Source: Azolla caroliniana (lineage: Eukaryota > Plantae > Polypodiophyta). From it: 64,000 nucleotides of DNA. Both the position numbers and the translations under genes were made by a program. Under the pieces are notes generated by a model that saw nothing but the letters and a program-made list of their open reading frames with translations, searched no databases and was not told the DNA's origin. This document shows, one piece after another, positions 1 to 10,294 of the stretch (its first letter is position 1; every line of letters begins with the position of its first letter). The stretch lies in contig JBHGNT010000006.1 of assembly GCA_043228905.1 (NCBI GenBank), forward strand, positions 3,658,001 to 3,722,000. The letters run 5' to 3'.

Positions 1-132
1 CAATACATTTCACACATGAGCTCTTTGACATATATGCTCGACATGTTCAAGCCCATCTCTCCTCCCTTGATCCCTCCCTACCTTTAGAGAGCCTTAGTAC
101 GAAACTCACACACATCCTTCACTCTGTAGCAG
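1..132 (+). mobile_element. LINE (RTE/RTEX-like) ORF2, segment 1, upstream of the DNA transposon insertion
   Basis: Reads ...SLDPSLPLESLSTKLTHILHSVA. Removing 133-10334 (element plus one TSD copy) joins it in frame to DSSFPYTKH...RWYDEDC at 10335. Confidence 0.8.
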
Positions 133-168
133 AACATGTTCGCGTTCACAAGTGGAAGGATTGCGCAT
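133..168 (+). repeat. Left terminal inverted repeat (36 bp)
   Basis: AACATGTTCGCGTTCACAAGTGGAAGGATTGCGCAT. The reverse complement of 10295-10330 differs by two transitions. Confidence 0.93.
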
Positions 169-889
169 TCCACTTGTAGAATCTTCTTAAAACGAAGCAA
201 ATACACCCTCTCTACAAAAATTGGATGCACTAGTATCACATGTTCCTCAACTTGATGAGAATTTGCAAATATAAAAATACATGATAGATCTACGAGTGGA
301 GATCATTAGAAATCATGCAAGTTTAGACACGTTGATAAGTTAATGTAGGCATAATAAAGTTCAACTATGGCTCAATATGTCACTACTGTGCGACAAGGGA
401 AACACTAACTTAAAGACTTATATTAATTAGGTAAGTTTTGCAAAAATATCAGGTGTACTTGTATCCATACTAATAAAATGAGTTATAATTTATACTTTGA
501 CCCATACGTTGTCGTGAAGATTTTCGGCAATAGTGTGAAAATCCCATTAAACGTACAAAATCGAGTATGAATCACGTAATACAATAATTGTGAAGATAAC
601 ATTTTAATATCAAAGTACAAAATGATGGAGGTTTCGAATGCACTTTATTACACGAGAAATGGACAACTAAATGTCAAGATATGAGGGTATAAAGTTTGTG
701 AAAAGAAAAGAGAAAATTGTGAGATATCCCACATAGGCACGACAAATACGGCTCTCATCATATATAAGGTGGAGCAAAAGATATTATCTTTGTGTCTATG
801 TGTGGAGCATAGAGAGTTCAAGGTAACTTGAACTTAGAGTGGAGGTGGCTAGCTACTTGAAAAGGGTTTTGGCCAACCAAAACTGGACC

Positions 890-995
890 GGAGATGGAAC
901 CGGTGATCCGACCGCAATCCGGCGGCGGCATGCGGCACCGGCGGCACCGGTATGCGGCGGCGGTATCCGGCGACGGTATTCGGCGAACCGGCGAC
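890..995. repeat. GC-rich CCGG/CGG low-complexity repeat inside the transposon
   Basis: Reiterated ccggcggc / cggcggtat motifs in otherwise AT-rich DNA. Confidence 0.7.
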
Positions 996-1033
996 TAGAT
1001 AAAATAAATATATAAATATATATACATATACAA

Positions 1034-1106
1034 GGAGGGCAAGTATGGATTCGAACCTTGCACCTCCAAGCTAGGAGTCAAATGGCTTACCATTAAGCCA
1101 TGGTAT
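1034..1106 (-). other. tRNA-derived Pol III promoter-like segment (SINE head or pseudo-tRNA)
   Basis: Minus strand shows an A-box TGGCTTAATGG (1100-1090) and a B-box GGTTCGAATCC (1057-1047) at tRNA-like spacing. No convincing acceptor stem. Confidence 0.6.
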
Positions 1107-1507
1107 TTAGTTGAAATTATATTTCTATCATTGTACTTTTACATGTAAATTCTCATACATGAGAGCTAAAATGAGTGACATGGTTAGCATGCACCACATG
1201 TAATACTTAAGCGCCAAATGGCAAACATGCAATTTATGCATGTCTTGTACCCTCACATGCATCATATGCATGAGATCATCTATAAAAGAGGGAAGGGGGA
1301 GGAGAAAAAGGACGGTTTTTTTTATGAAAATTAAGAGGAAGAAATTCGTTATCAAATTGATCGTGTAATCTCAACTTCTCTCTTTTCCAATCTATCTTAA
1401 GTACTTTCTCGCCAAAGCTTGTATCGACTCTAAATCCTTCTGGTCCAGAACCCCGGCGGTTCCGCCTCACGATCCGCGCGTAGTGACGGATCTTCACGAC
1501 AACGTGC

Positions 1508-1782
1508 ATGTATGTAATTGTGGAAAATGTAGGATAGTGCACATTAGGATAAGTGATTGGAATAACTAACTTATTAAAGTATTCAATACTTGTATTTAAA
1601 GTTGATCTAATCTATTCCTTAGTTTGTTCATATGGGATCAAACCATATGTATATAATTGTGGACAATGTAAGGCAGTGAACTTTAGGATAATGTCGTGGA
1701 AATAACAAACCTATTAGGCTTTCATACCTGTATTTAAAATTGATCTACTCTATTGCTTAGGTGATTCACACAGGATCAAACT
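1508..1782. repeat. Diverged tandem duplication, ~139 bp x2
   Basis: atgtat..aattgtgga.aatgta...ggatcaaac occurs at 1508-1644 and 1647-1782. Confidence 0.75.
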
Positions 1783-2174
1783 CCGAACGATAACGCAACT
1801 GGAACCATTATCAACACACTACACCATCTAACCAGCAATGGAATAGAAAGATAATAGTTTTAACAATAGAAGACAAAGATCCATAATAACAACATGGACA
1901 GTCATGGAAACAATTATAGGGCCATGTTCTGTTAAGGTTAGCTTGGACCAAAATCAGCCTCAATTTAAACTAATTCATGTTTCTCCATAAATTTGGTAGT
2001 CAGCTATGCACGCGGTGAAACCAATGTCATAAATCTACTAACCAAGTATATAAAAATAAAATTGAAACATATAGAAGATTATAAAGAATAGAATCCACTA
2101 GGTAAAACCCAAAATTTGTATTAATAATGTGAAATCCTAACAAATCGTCAGTGTCATTTTCTTCATAGAGTCTA

Positions 2175-5100
2175 TTACATAGCAATCAATTCATTAACAT
2201 CATTTTCTTCATCATCTTGTGTAGAACTGTCTTCGGCTATACGTGCATTGGTTTCCCCTGTTAGCCGAGCCAACAAAATATCTTCTATAAGCTCATCATC
2301 AAGCTCTATTAGCTCCCCCGGTTCGCCGGCTAACGGAGGAATAGGCTCTCGCGAAGCAAGTTGAAACCTCTCTGTATTAGCGAGGTTCTTTGCACCGACC
2401 TCCTCATCCTGGTCTGGGCACTCCCACAAAGCCTTAATCCGCATATTAATAAATATAACTTGGTCCTCGTCCTTCTCCAATGCAACTGTATTTCTAAAAA
2501 GCTTCAATGCACATGCAGATGTTGTTCCTGTGATGTAAGTAACAAGAAGATTTAGTTGTCAAACGAAAAAAAAAGGGATTGGTTATCTCAAGATCGTTAC
2601 CCTAGTTCGAGGAATACCTGTGCCAGAAAAGAGATCTAATATCCAGTCTCCTTCGACAAAAAACATCTCGATCAAGCGCATCATAAGTCGTTGAGGTTTT
2701 TGGTATGGGTTGACAAGTCCCCGTTCTGTCGTGGTGACATGTCATAATTTCTGTGTCACTACTGGATATATCAACAGATTTGAACCTCCCACTTCATTAG
2801 AATGCTCCTTGATTCTCTGTTTCTTAATTTCATCGAAGTAACCAACCGTTATGTATTCAATGGCATTAACGAACCGAAAAGTTGGCCCTCTATTTACATT
2901 GGTCTTGATCCTATAAAAAAAAAATACATCGAGTTAAGAATAGATTGAACAACCTTAAGAAATGCAATATAGTGAAAGACACCTATAAATAATCCTTACC
3001 ATGCAAGGTTCTCGATGCCATGGCAACGAGATCTCAAAGCTTGAGCTACCGAGTACCCTTGGTCCATACTATGAAAGACAACTATTCGCCACAAGGATGC
3101 AATCGTTAGCTCAGCGAAATCCTTGACCATCTTCTCCAATTGTTTAAACCTAAACGGTTCATCGTCGTATGATGACCCAGCCATTCGAAATCCGTAAGGA
3201 ATATCCGCAATCATTAGCGTATATTCCTTCTTTGGCACCTTTTGGATCAAGTCGACGACATCACCGCAAACCACATTGTAGTAAAGATCTCTCGTAATAT
3301 CTTTTTTGTGGCTAAATTTTTTAAAGGAGCCATCTTGCTCCATTTTGTACGCCTTGACTAAGCGACGATCCTTTTCTTTTCTGGCTCGCTCGAGATGTGC
3401 AAGGAAGGATGTAGGGAAATCGTGTATATCCTTAACTTCTCCTTGTTTCTTGCCTCGACATGGTTTCTAATAGAAGCAATAGGACATCAGGTATTATTAT
3501 ACAAGCTCTACATATGATGAAAGGGTAATGAAAAACCATCAATACTAACCCAATCCTTGAATGCAATAAAATACTCTGATAACGCCTTATATGAAGACGT
3601 TAGAGGATAATCCTCGGTCACTTGTTCCCAAGTTATACATCCAAGTTGTTTCATCATAACTTCTTGGATCTTCATGTACACCTTATGACTGTAAAATTAG
3701 AAATCAAGATTAGAACTTTGAATTACACCAGATAGACTACAATTTCAGTATTTGAAAGACTTACTTATTGAACTCAGTGACCATTTCTTCAAGGCTTAAA
3801 TCTTTCGCCACAACCCTTGACAAAACAAACACAAGAAGCTACTCGTCCTTAATACCTTGCATCGTTCTCCACAGAGACAGCTTCATGTCGTCTACCGCTT
3901 CTTCAATTGTCAAGTCAATTTTCTTGGCGGCTTGTGACTTTAACTCTAGTTGAGGGTCAACCTTACATTTCTTTTGTCGTTGACCCTTTACCTCCTTATT
4001 CTCCCACATTGAGAAGATTTGATCTTGTAGGTCCCATACTTCTCCATCTCTAAACGCCAATTGAAACCAAGACTCATACTTTCGAAGACCATCAGACTTA
4101 ACATTATCATCTACTACAATGCCGACTTCATGCAGACAATGACGTCGTAGGCCTGGATGTAACTTCACACCAAACTTTTGTTTCACGTCTAAATACTCGT
4201 GGTGGAAGAACCGTATACGCTCAATGGACGACATTTTCTGCCTATAGTCATTATCATTATTATGGTCCCATGCCAACAGCTTAGCCTCTTCGGTTGTGAG
4301 CCCAACATAAATTTTGCACTCGGCATACTTGAAGAAGAAAGTCGTTGGATGTTCTCTCACAAGTTGCCGACGTGCCTCTACTGAATGCGATCCACCAATG
4401 ACAAAATAATTATATTGATCATGCTTTCTAATATCAAAATCTTCAATGGTTTCACATTCTTCAGGATCTACCATAACAATAAAAGGCACCACAGTGGCAT
4501 GAGGATTAATTTTCATTTTTTTCTTGAGATTTTGAACATGCATGCGGTGTGGCTCTCTAATCTCAAGTGGTTGTCAACCTATTTTTTCATCAATAGGGGG
4601 CCGATGGATGTGTGTTATAGGCAAATTAAACACTTGCCCTTTCCTGACCAGTTTCCGTTGCATTAACTCTCTCCTTATCTTATTCTGCTCGGATGACAAA
4701 ACACCCGATGCCAGCTCAGCTCCTGGCGTCCCCTTATTATCCTCCTCTTCGTTTTCACTTGTTGAATCGGTGTCTGACATTTTGGTTGTCTTCTTCTTTG
4801 GTGGTCTTGACTGGACTTTGGATACCCTTTTTGTGGCCTTCAATTGGGAGGGCACTTCATCTCTTAGAGTTACATGGCCTTGTATATAAGGCCTCAAGGT
4901 AACAATAAGGTTTTGTGAGCTTTCAAGATCTTTTTTGAATGCTTCTGGCCCACAAGATTCCTTTACTAAAAGGTCTTCTGAAAGGAACACTTTACGTACC
5001 CCCTTGGAGCACTCTATCATTACTAGTATGTTGGCCGAATCTGCATCTTCGTAGTCAAATCGTAGAATACGGCCATACATAAATGGGGTTTCCTTTCCAA

Positions 5101-6360
5101 GCTGCCCCTCCCCCTTCTTCTTTGCTGTATACAATACGACTTTTTTCTTTGAGTCGACATATTGCATACACCATTCCTTGTCTGTTAGATCACGGTCAGG
5201 AAGGTCTTCACCTCCAGTAGCGGCGACCAGTTTCTTTTGGCTAACATCAATATGTGGCTGAGATTTTGTCTCTTCGTTGAAGAGAAGCTTTTTTCCTCTT
5301 TTCATGGTCTCAGGAGCTACCTTGGTCTGGGCTTCGATTGGAGAACCCTGTATGCGAAGCTTTATTTTCTTCACGGGTCGGTCCGACAGGTTCTCAAACG
5401 ACCTATTTAAGAAAGTATATGCAAAAACATAAGTTAGGTGGTCACGTAGATTAAGGTTGTTTATTAAAATATAAATATTAAGATGAAGAACAGTTCTCAC
5501 TAGCAGGCGATTAGTGGTGAAGTGAAAATATGAATCATGCATTCAGAGTACATGGTAGTCCTATATTCAAAAATCTATTCTAGGCAGGGCTATTCAAACT
5601 AGAAAATATATATCATAATAAGTAGACAGGGTTATATATTCTTTTAAAGAGTAGGTATGACTTATATAGATTCCAAACCTATATTGAGGAGAATTTGCTA
5701 TCGTAAAGGCAATTTGTGGATCATTTTCTACTATTTTCAGCTAAAGTAGGTCATAAAACACCTATAATTATGGCATGTTTTTTTTAAAAGTAAGGCAAGT
5801 CAACATAAAAAAGACTGATTTTGACAGACAATTTGATATCTTTTCCACACAATAATTAATTGTTACCCCAAAAACACAAATTTTCTCTTTCAGAGCCTTC
5901 TTTTATACAGGAACTCGATACGGCGTATCGAGTTCGTGTTTGAAGTTTAGGATACGCCGTATCGAGTTCCTGTGCTTTCTTTGCTTTTTAAACAGGAACT
6001 TGATACGGCCTATCGAGTTCCTGTTTAAAGTTTAGGTTTTAAACGAGAACTCGATACGGCGTATCGAGTTCCTGTTTAAAGTTTAGGTTTTAAACACGAA
6101 CTCGATACGGCGTATCGAGTTCGTGTTTAAAGTGTAGGTTTTAAACAGGAACTCGATACGCTGTATCGAGTTCCTGTTTAAAAAGCAAAAACAAATTATG
6201 AACTCGATACGCCGTATCGAGTTCCTGTATAAAGTTTGTATTGTATACAGGAACTTGATACGGCGTATCGAGTTCTTGAGCGACGAAACATATTTACAAA
6301 AATGTCCACAGTGTAAGAGGCCTACCTGGAGTCCTCGCGCTCGATTCTCTTTGAAGACAT
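2175..6360 (-). pseudogene. Six-exon gene encoding a ParB/Srx-like domain fused to a beta-class N4-cytosine/N6-adenine DNA methyltransferase (~974 aa; 3 in-frame stops)
   Basis: Exons 6360-6326, 5402-3765, 3688-3550, 3466-3000, 2910-2618, 2527-2175. All introns are GT-AG and phase-compatible; CDS is 2925 nt. MTase motifs in beta order: ADIPYG (motif IV, 3205-3194), W-IKTN, AIEYI, VNPYQKPQRLMMRLIE, GDWILDLFSGTGTTSACALKLFRNTVALEKD (SAM-binding motif I). ParB-like segment IREPHRMHVQNLKKKM..VPFIVMV..YFVIGGSHSVEARRQL at ~4560-4350. Stops: TGA 4576-4574, TAG 3841-3839, TGA 2744-2742. Confidence 0.88.
5911..6275. repeat. Array of 25-bp palindromes GAACTCGATACGnCGTATCGAGTTC with 51-bp period, in intron 1 of the MTase gene
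   Basis: Copies start at 5911, 5945 (partial, visible from 5951), 5996, 6047, 6098, 6149, 6200 and 6251. Confidence 0.95.
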
Positions 6361-6400
6361 GGTTGATCGTGTGGCAGTGGAGGCGGAGATCGCGCTTTGG

Positions 6401-6468
6401 TGCTTTGTGCTCTGTGTGCTTTGTGTGCTCTGTACGTTCTGTGTGCTTTGTACGCTCTGTACGCTCTT
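6401..6468. repeat. 9-bp minisatellite (ctYtgtRYg) in the putative 5' UTR of the MTase gene
   Basis: ctttgtgtg / ctctgtgtg / ctctgtacg reiterated about 7 times. Confidence 0.8.
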
Positions 6469-6495
6469 ATGAGTGAAATATGACGAGGTCTTCCT

Positions 6496-6503
6496 ATTTA
6501 TAG
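6496..6503 (-). promoter_or_regulatory. TATA box of the ParB-MTase gene
   Basis: TATAAATA on the minus strand ~135 bp upstream of the ATG at 6360. Confidence 0.6.
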
Positions 6504-6724
6504 GGATTGACCACATTGGTTAAAGTAACCATAGTCACCTTAACCAAGGTTGGTAAGTTTGAGGATAGTTAGTTGGTAACCACAGTCACATTAACTAGAG
6601 TAACTTATGATTGCATTAATGATTACAAAGTCAAACTAACATATTGATCAATCTTTTATAGTCATAACAACCTGCAATGACTTCAAAGGTCATGAAGGAG
6701 ACAATGATAGAGGTTCATGAATGT

Positions 6725-6902
6725 ACCAATGATTGATTACTAAAAGCAACAATTTTTATGACTCTCAAATGCTGTGTATTAAAGATGTGGGCATGAATTA
6801 ACCAATGATTGAGAAGTCTAATATTTAAAATGGTGAGCATTAAAGAACCAATGAGTGAGAGGTTCTATATCAAAATGGGTGCCATTAATTAGCCAATGAT
6901 TT
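6725..6902 (+). promoter_or_regulatory. CCAAT-box cluster in the divergent promoter between the MTase and transposase genes
   Basis: CCAATGA repeated at ~6726, 6802, 6848 and 6893. Confidence 0.45.
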
Positions 6903-7203
6903 TAACATTAATCCAACATATTCATGGCTTGTTAATGATTAGATTTATATTATACTTGATTTAACTTCATATAGATGTAGTTTATATAATAATTGATATT
7001 TTAAGTACAATTACTTTATTAAAAATAAATTTTTTATGTATTGTATTAATAGAATATTACATAATATAGACATTCTATTGATTTGGCTTTTGTTTAGAGA
7101 AAAGTTTATGTTTAGAGAGGAGTATATGTTTAGAGAGGAGCTTATTAGTTTTTTTCCTTACCTCAAGCACATAACTTACAGAGCCCTATCTAGACCTTAA
7201 GCC

Positions 7204-9973
7204 ATGAGTGAAGATTCACCGTTCTCGATTGAAGAATATTGTTTGTCATCAGACTCATCGTTTTCTACTAAAGAGTATTGTTTGTCAACAGAGTCACCAT
7301 ATTCGATTGAAGAATATTGTCTGTCGACAGACTCACCATATTCTATCGAAGAATATTGTCTGAGCTCATCTATAGGGAATGTAAATAATGACACATGTGA
7401 AGAGTTGTCTATTGAAGAATACGATATTAATGAAGATACGGAGAATGAAGGTAACATTGAATAACATTGGCGATGGTCACAACAGAGAATTAGATTGTAA
7501 CAAGGTTACACCAACCGCTACGCAGGAAGAGAAATCTGGGAGCCCTATGCATATTAGAAGAATCCCATGAAGAATTCATCTGGCTAGATTTAGCTTGGTG
7601 ACATCAGATAAACAGATTGGATTTGATGTCAAAAAAATATGTTGTGCCCGTGGTTGTATGTCTATGATTGGAAAATCAAAGTTGCGAGAATTAAGGCAAT
7701 ACTATTTTTCGATGACTGGTGATGAGCAAGACACTTACCTCGGGTCACATATGCAACTAGTATCTGACAAATGTACGGGGATCAAAGTATCATTCGAGTA
7801 TTATATCTTCCATGCGCAACAGATATGTAGAGTTGCATTCAAAATTGCGTTATGTGTTAGTAACATGCGGCTACATAGAGTACAACAACGTCTACTTAGC
7901 GGGGATCAGATGCTCAATTGTAAAGAGGTTCCAAGTATGAAAGGTGCAATTGGAAGACATGCTATTGGTTGGATGAAAACTTACTTTCAGTTAAATTGTG
8001 AAGTAATGCCCACTACAGGTAGGATGCATCTTTCTGATAATTATACACGTCGGGAAGTTTATGATGTCTATCGATCTGATATGCTGGGCTCAAGTAATAA
8101 GTTTATCACCTATAGCCAATTCACAAGATTATGGAGAGCTCGGTTTTCAAATGTTATTATTCCTCGTAAAGTACGTATGGGGTATTGCTCCATTTGTGCA
8201 AATCTTAAAAGTTTGGCTAAAGGTGCAAAGACATCAATGGAAAAGGATACGAGTAAGAAGTTACTACAAGAGCATCGTGAGGCACAATCCTTAGAACGAA
8301 AGAAGGCGATGCATCATAGAGAGAACTGTTTGAAGAGGCCCGAACAATACATGTGCTTAATGATAGATGGCATGGACCATAAGAAGACATGCTTGCCGCA
8401 TATGCGGAGGCTCCCCAAAGATGTCAATGATGAGTGCCTTGTTCAAATGCACTTGGTGCGATGCTTGGCTTATAATAGGTCTGTTCGACCTCACGTCTTC
8501 ATTACTTACCCCAATGTTCACAATGACCCTAACCTAACAGTTACAATGATTCACCAAGTTTTGATGTCTTGGGGCCAACCTTTCCCCCCTGTTTTATATA
8601 TTCAATTGGACAATACTGCTAGAGAGAACAAAAATTCAACTGTATTTGGCTATCTAAGTATGTTGGTCAACCTAGAATTGTTTAGGAAAGTGAAAGTCAA
8701 TTTCCTTTTGGTTGGCCACACACATGACCATATAGATCAGATGTTTAGCACATTCTCCAGACAGTTGTCTCGGCATGATGCTTTCACTTTACCTAAACTA
8801 TTTGATGTCATTTGTGATGCATATACACCACGCCCAAAAGTGTTACACTTGAAGGAGGTATATGACTTTAAGAGATATATATTAGATGGGGGTGGTGGGA
8901 ATGTTAAAGTGCTTGCTCAGTTAAACAATATAAGTTTCAATCACATTTTTATGATAAAGAAAAATGGAATAAGTGGTTCTACACTTTTGTATGCTAAACA
9001 ATATTCATCTTCTACAACATGGGAACCTGAAGGTGGTTGCCAGTTATTACTATGTATGCCGAGTACAATTGTCCATGGAGCTAAGCAAATGCCAATTGAG
9101 AAGAAAGGACAGTTGCAGAGCGACTTGGTATCGGAACAAAAATGGTCATGGCTCCAAGCCTTAGAAGAAAAAAGAAAGCATATTGAGGCCGCCAAGAAAT
9201 ATGCCGCACAACAAGACACGTCATGGTGGGATGTATTTTATAGTGATCAGAAAGAAATTATAGACAATTGTGTATCTGTTGATAATTGGAATTTGGAAAC
9301 GCCATTCACATGGTCACTGCAACATGATCGCGTAAATAGAACTCCGGAGCAACTAGTAAATGCGATTAATGACAGCTTAGTCCATCCACAACAAAGAGAC
9401 ATTTATGTGGGACCAAGGATGACCAAAGCAACCGAAGCTAGATGGCAAGGCAATTTGCAAGAGCTCACCGCGGGGATGTTGATTGCAACGCCGGCTGATG
9501 AGAACTCACATGGCCACCAATTTTGGGTTGGTAAAATTCTAGAAGTGCTAATGCATGAAATAGAAAACACGATCAAGTCTATAAATGTTCATTGGTACAA
9601 CACTAGAAGTGCAAATGCTTTTACAAGTAAGTATACATTGGAGATGATTGAATGCCCAACAAGAAGGGGAGGTAGGAAGAGGAAGCGAAACATTCGTAAC
9701 ACCTCGACCCTTGATATCTCTGATGTGGATATCATCGTGTACGACTTCACACTTACAAAAGCCGGACGATTAAGGAAGTCAACAATAGATATAATAAAAG
9801 AAAAATTACCAGGTCTACAAGGTGGCTCGAGTCAAAGGCAAACGAGATCTGCTACATATAATCTAGAGTCAAACCATTTGGTTTATGACGAAGATAATGC
9901 ACTGATTGGTACATCCGAGGATGATGAGGAGGAATCGTCATTGTATATTAGTTATAGTAGTGATTCTCCGTAA
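7204..9973 (+). pseudogene. Sola/DUF7869-like DDD transposase (792-aa open core 7595-9973; reconstructed ~919 aa)
   Basis: Putative catalytic motifs LMIDGMD (D at 8366), LYIQLDNTARENKN (D at 8609) and FLLVGHTHDHIDQMFS (8714-8737). Upstream Cys/His motifs CCARGC and CSIC...H. The N-terminus is broken by a 10-bp insertion at ~7460 and a TGA at 7568-7570. C-terminal FWVGKI..VHWY domain. Confidence 0.8.
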
Positions 9974-10294
9974 AGGAGTGATCATGAATGTATATTTGGC
10001 TATTAAGTGTAACTACATTCCGCTTTAACAAATCGAGTAATATAAAAGCATGTGTTTTGAATTCTTATGATTTCTAAAAAATCGTTTCTTATAAAATAAC
10101 ATTGGTTGTAAAGTTTGTGATATAAATTGATAATGTATCTTTTTGAAATTCGTCTTTTTTTAGTTACTTCTAAATCACGAAAATAGTGGATTTTTAACCT
10201 TTTTCATAGTATGTTTGAACATGTATGATACTGGTATCAATGTGTTTTGTAAAATCATTGAAAAAGCCCTAAAATTTCCCTTATCCTTCCATTT

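Noticed and set aside
1034-1106. Functional tRNA gene
   Set aside because: A and B boxes are present but no proper acceptor or anticodon stems could be built.
2742-4576. U-to-C RNA editing or readthrough rescuing the three stops (TGA, TAG, TGA)
   Set aside because: U-to-C editing is an organellar process. C>T decay of methylated CGA/CAG codons explains these stops and similar ones in neighbouring TEs.
5403-5542. N-terminus MHDSYFHF... of ORF 4574-5542
   Set aside because: This is intron sequence. The acceptor at 5404-5403 joins in phase to exon 1 (6360-6326).
5911-6275. CRISPR array (palindromic repeats with constant-length spacers)
   Set aside because: The spacers are related to each other and partly palindromic, there are no cas genes, and the context is a eukaryotic intron.
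2175-6360. Bacterial contamination or a restriction-modification operon
   Set aside because: The gene has five phase-consistent spliceosomal introns, sits inside a TIR element within a plant LINE, and has no partner endonuclease.
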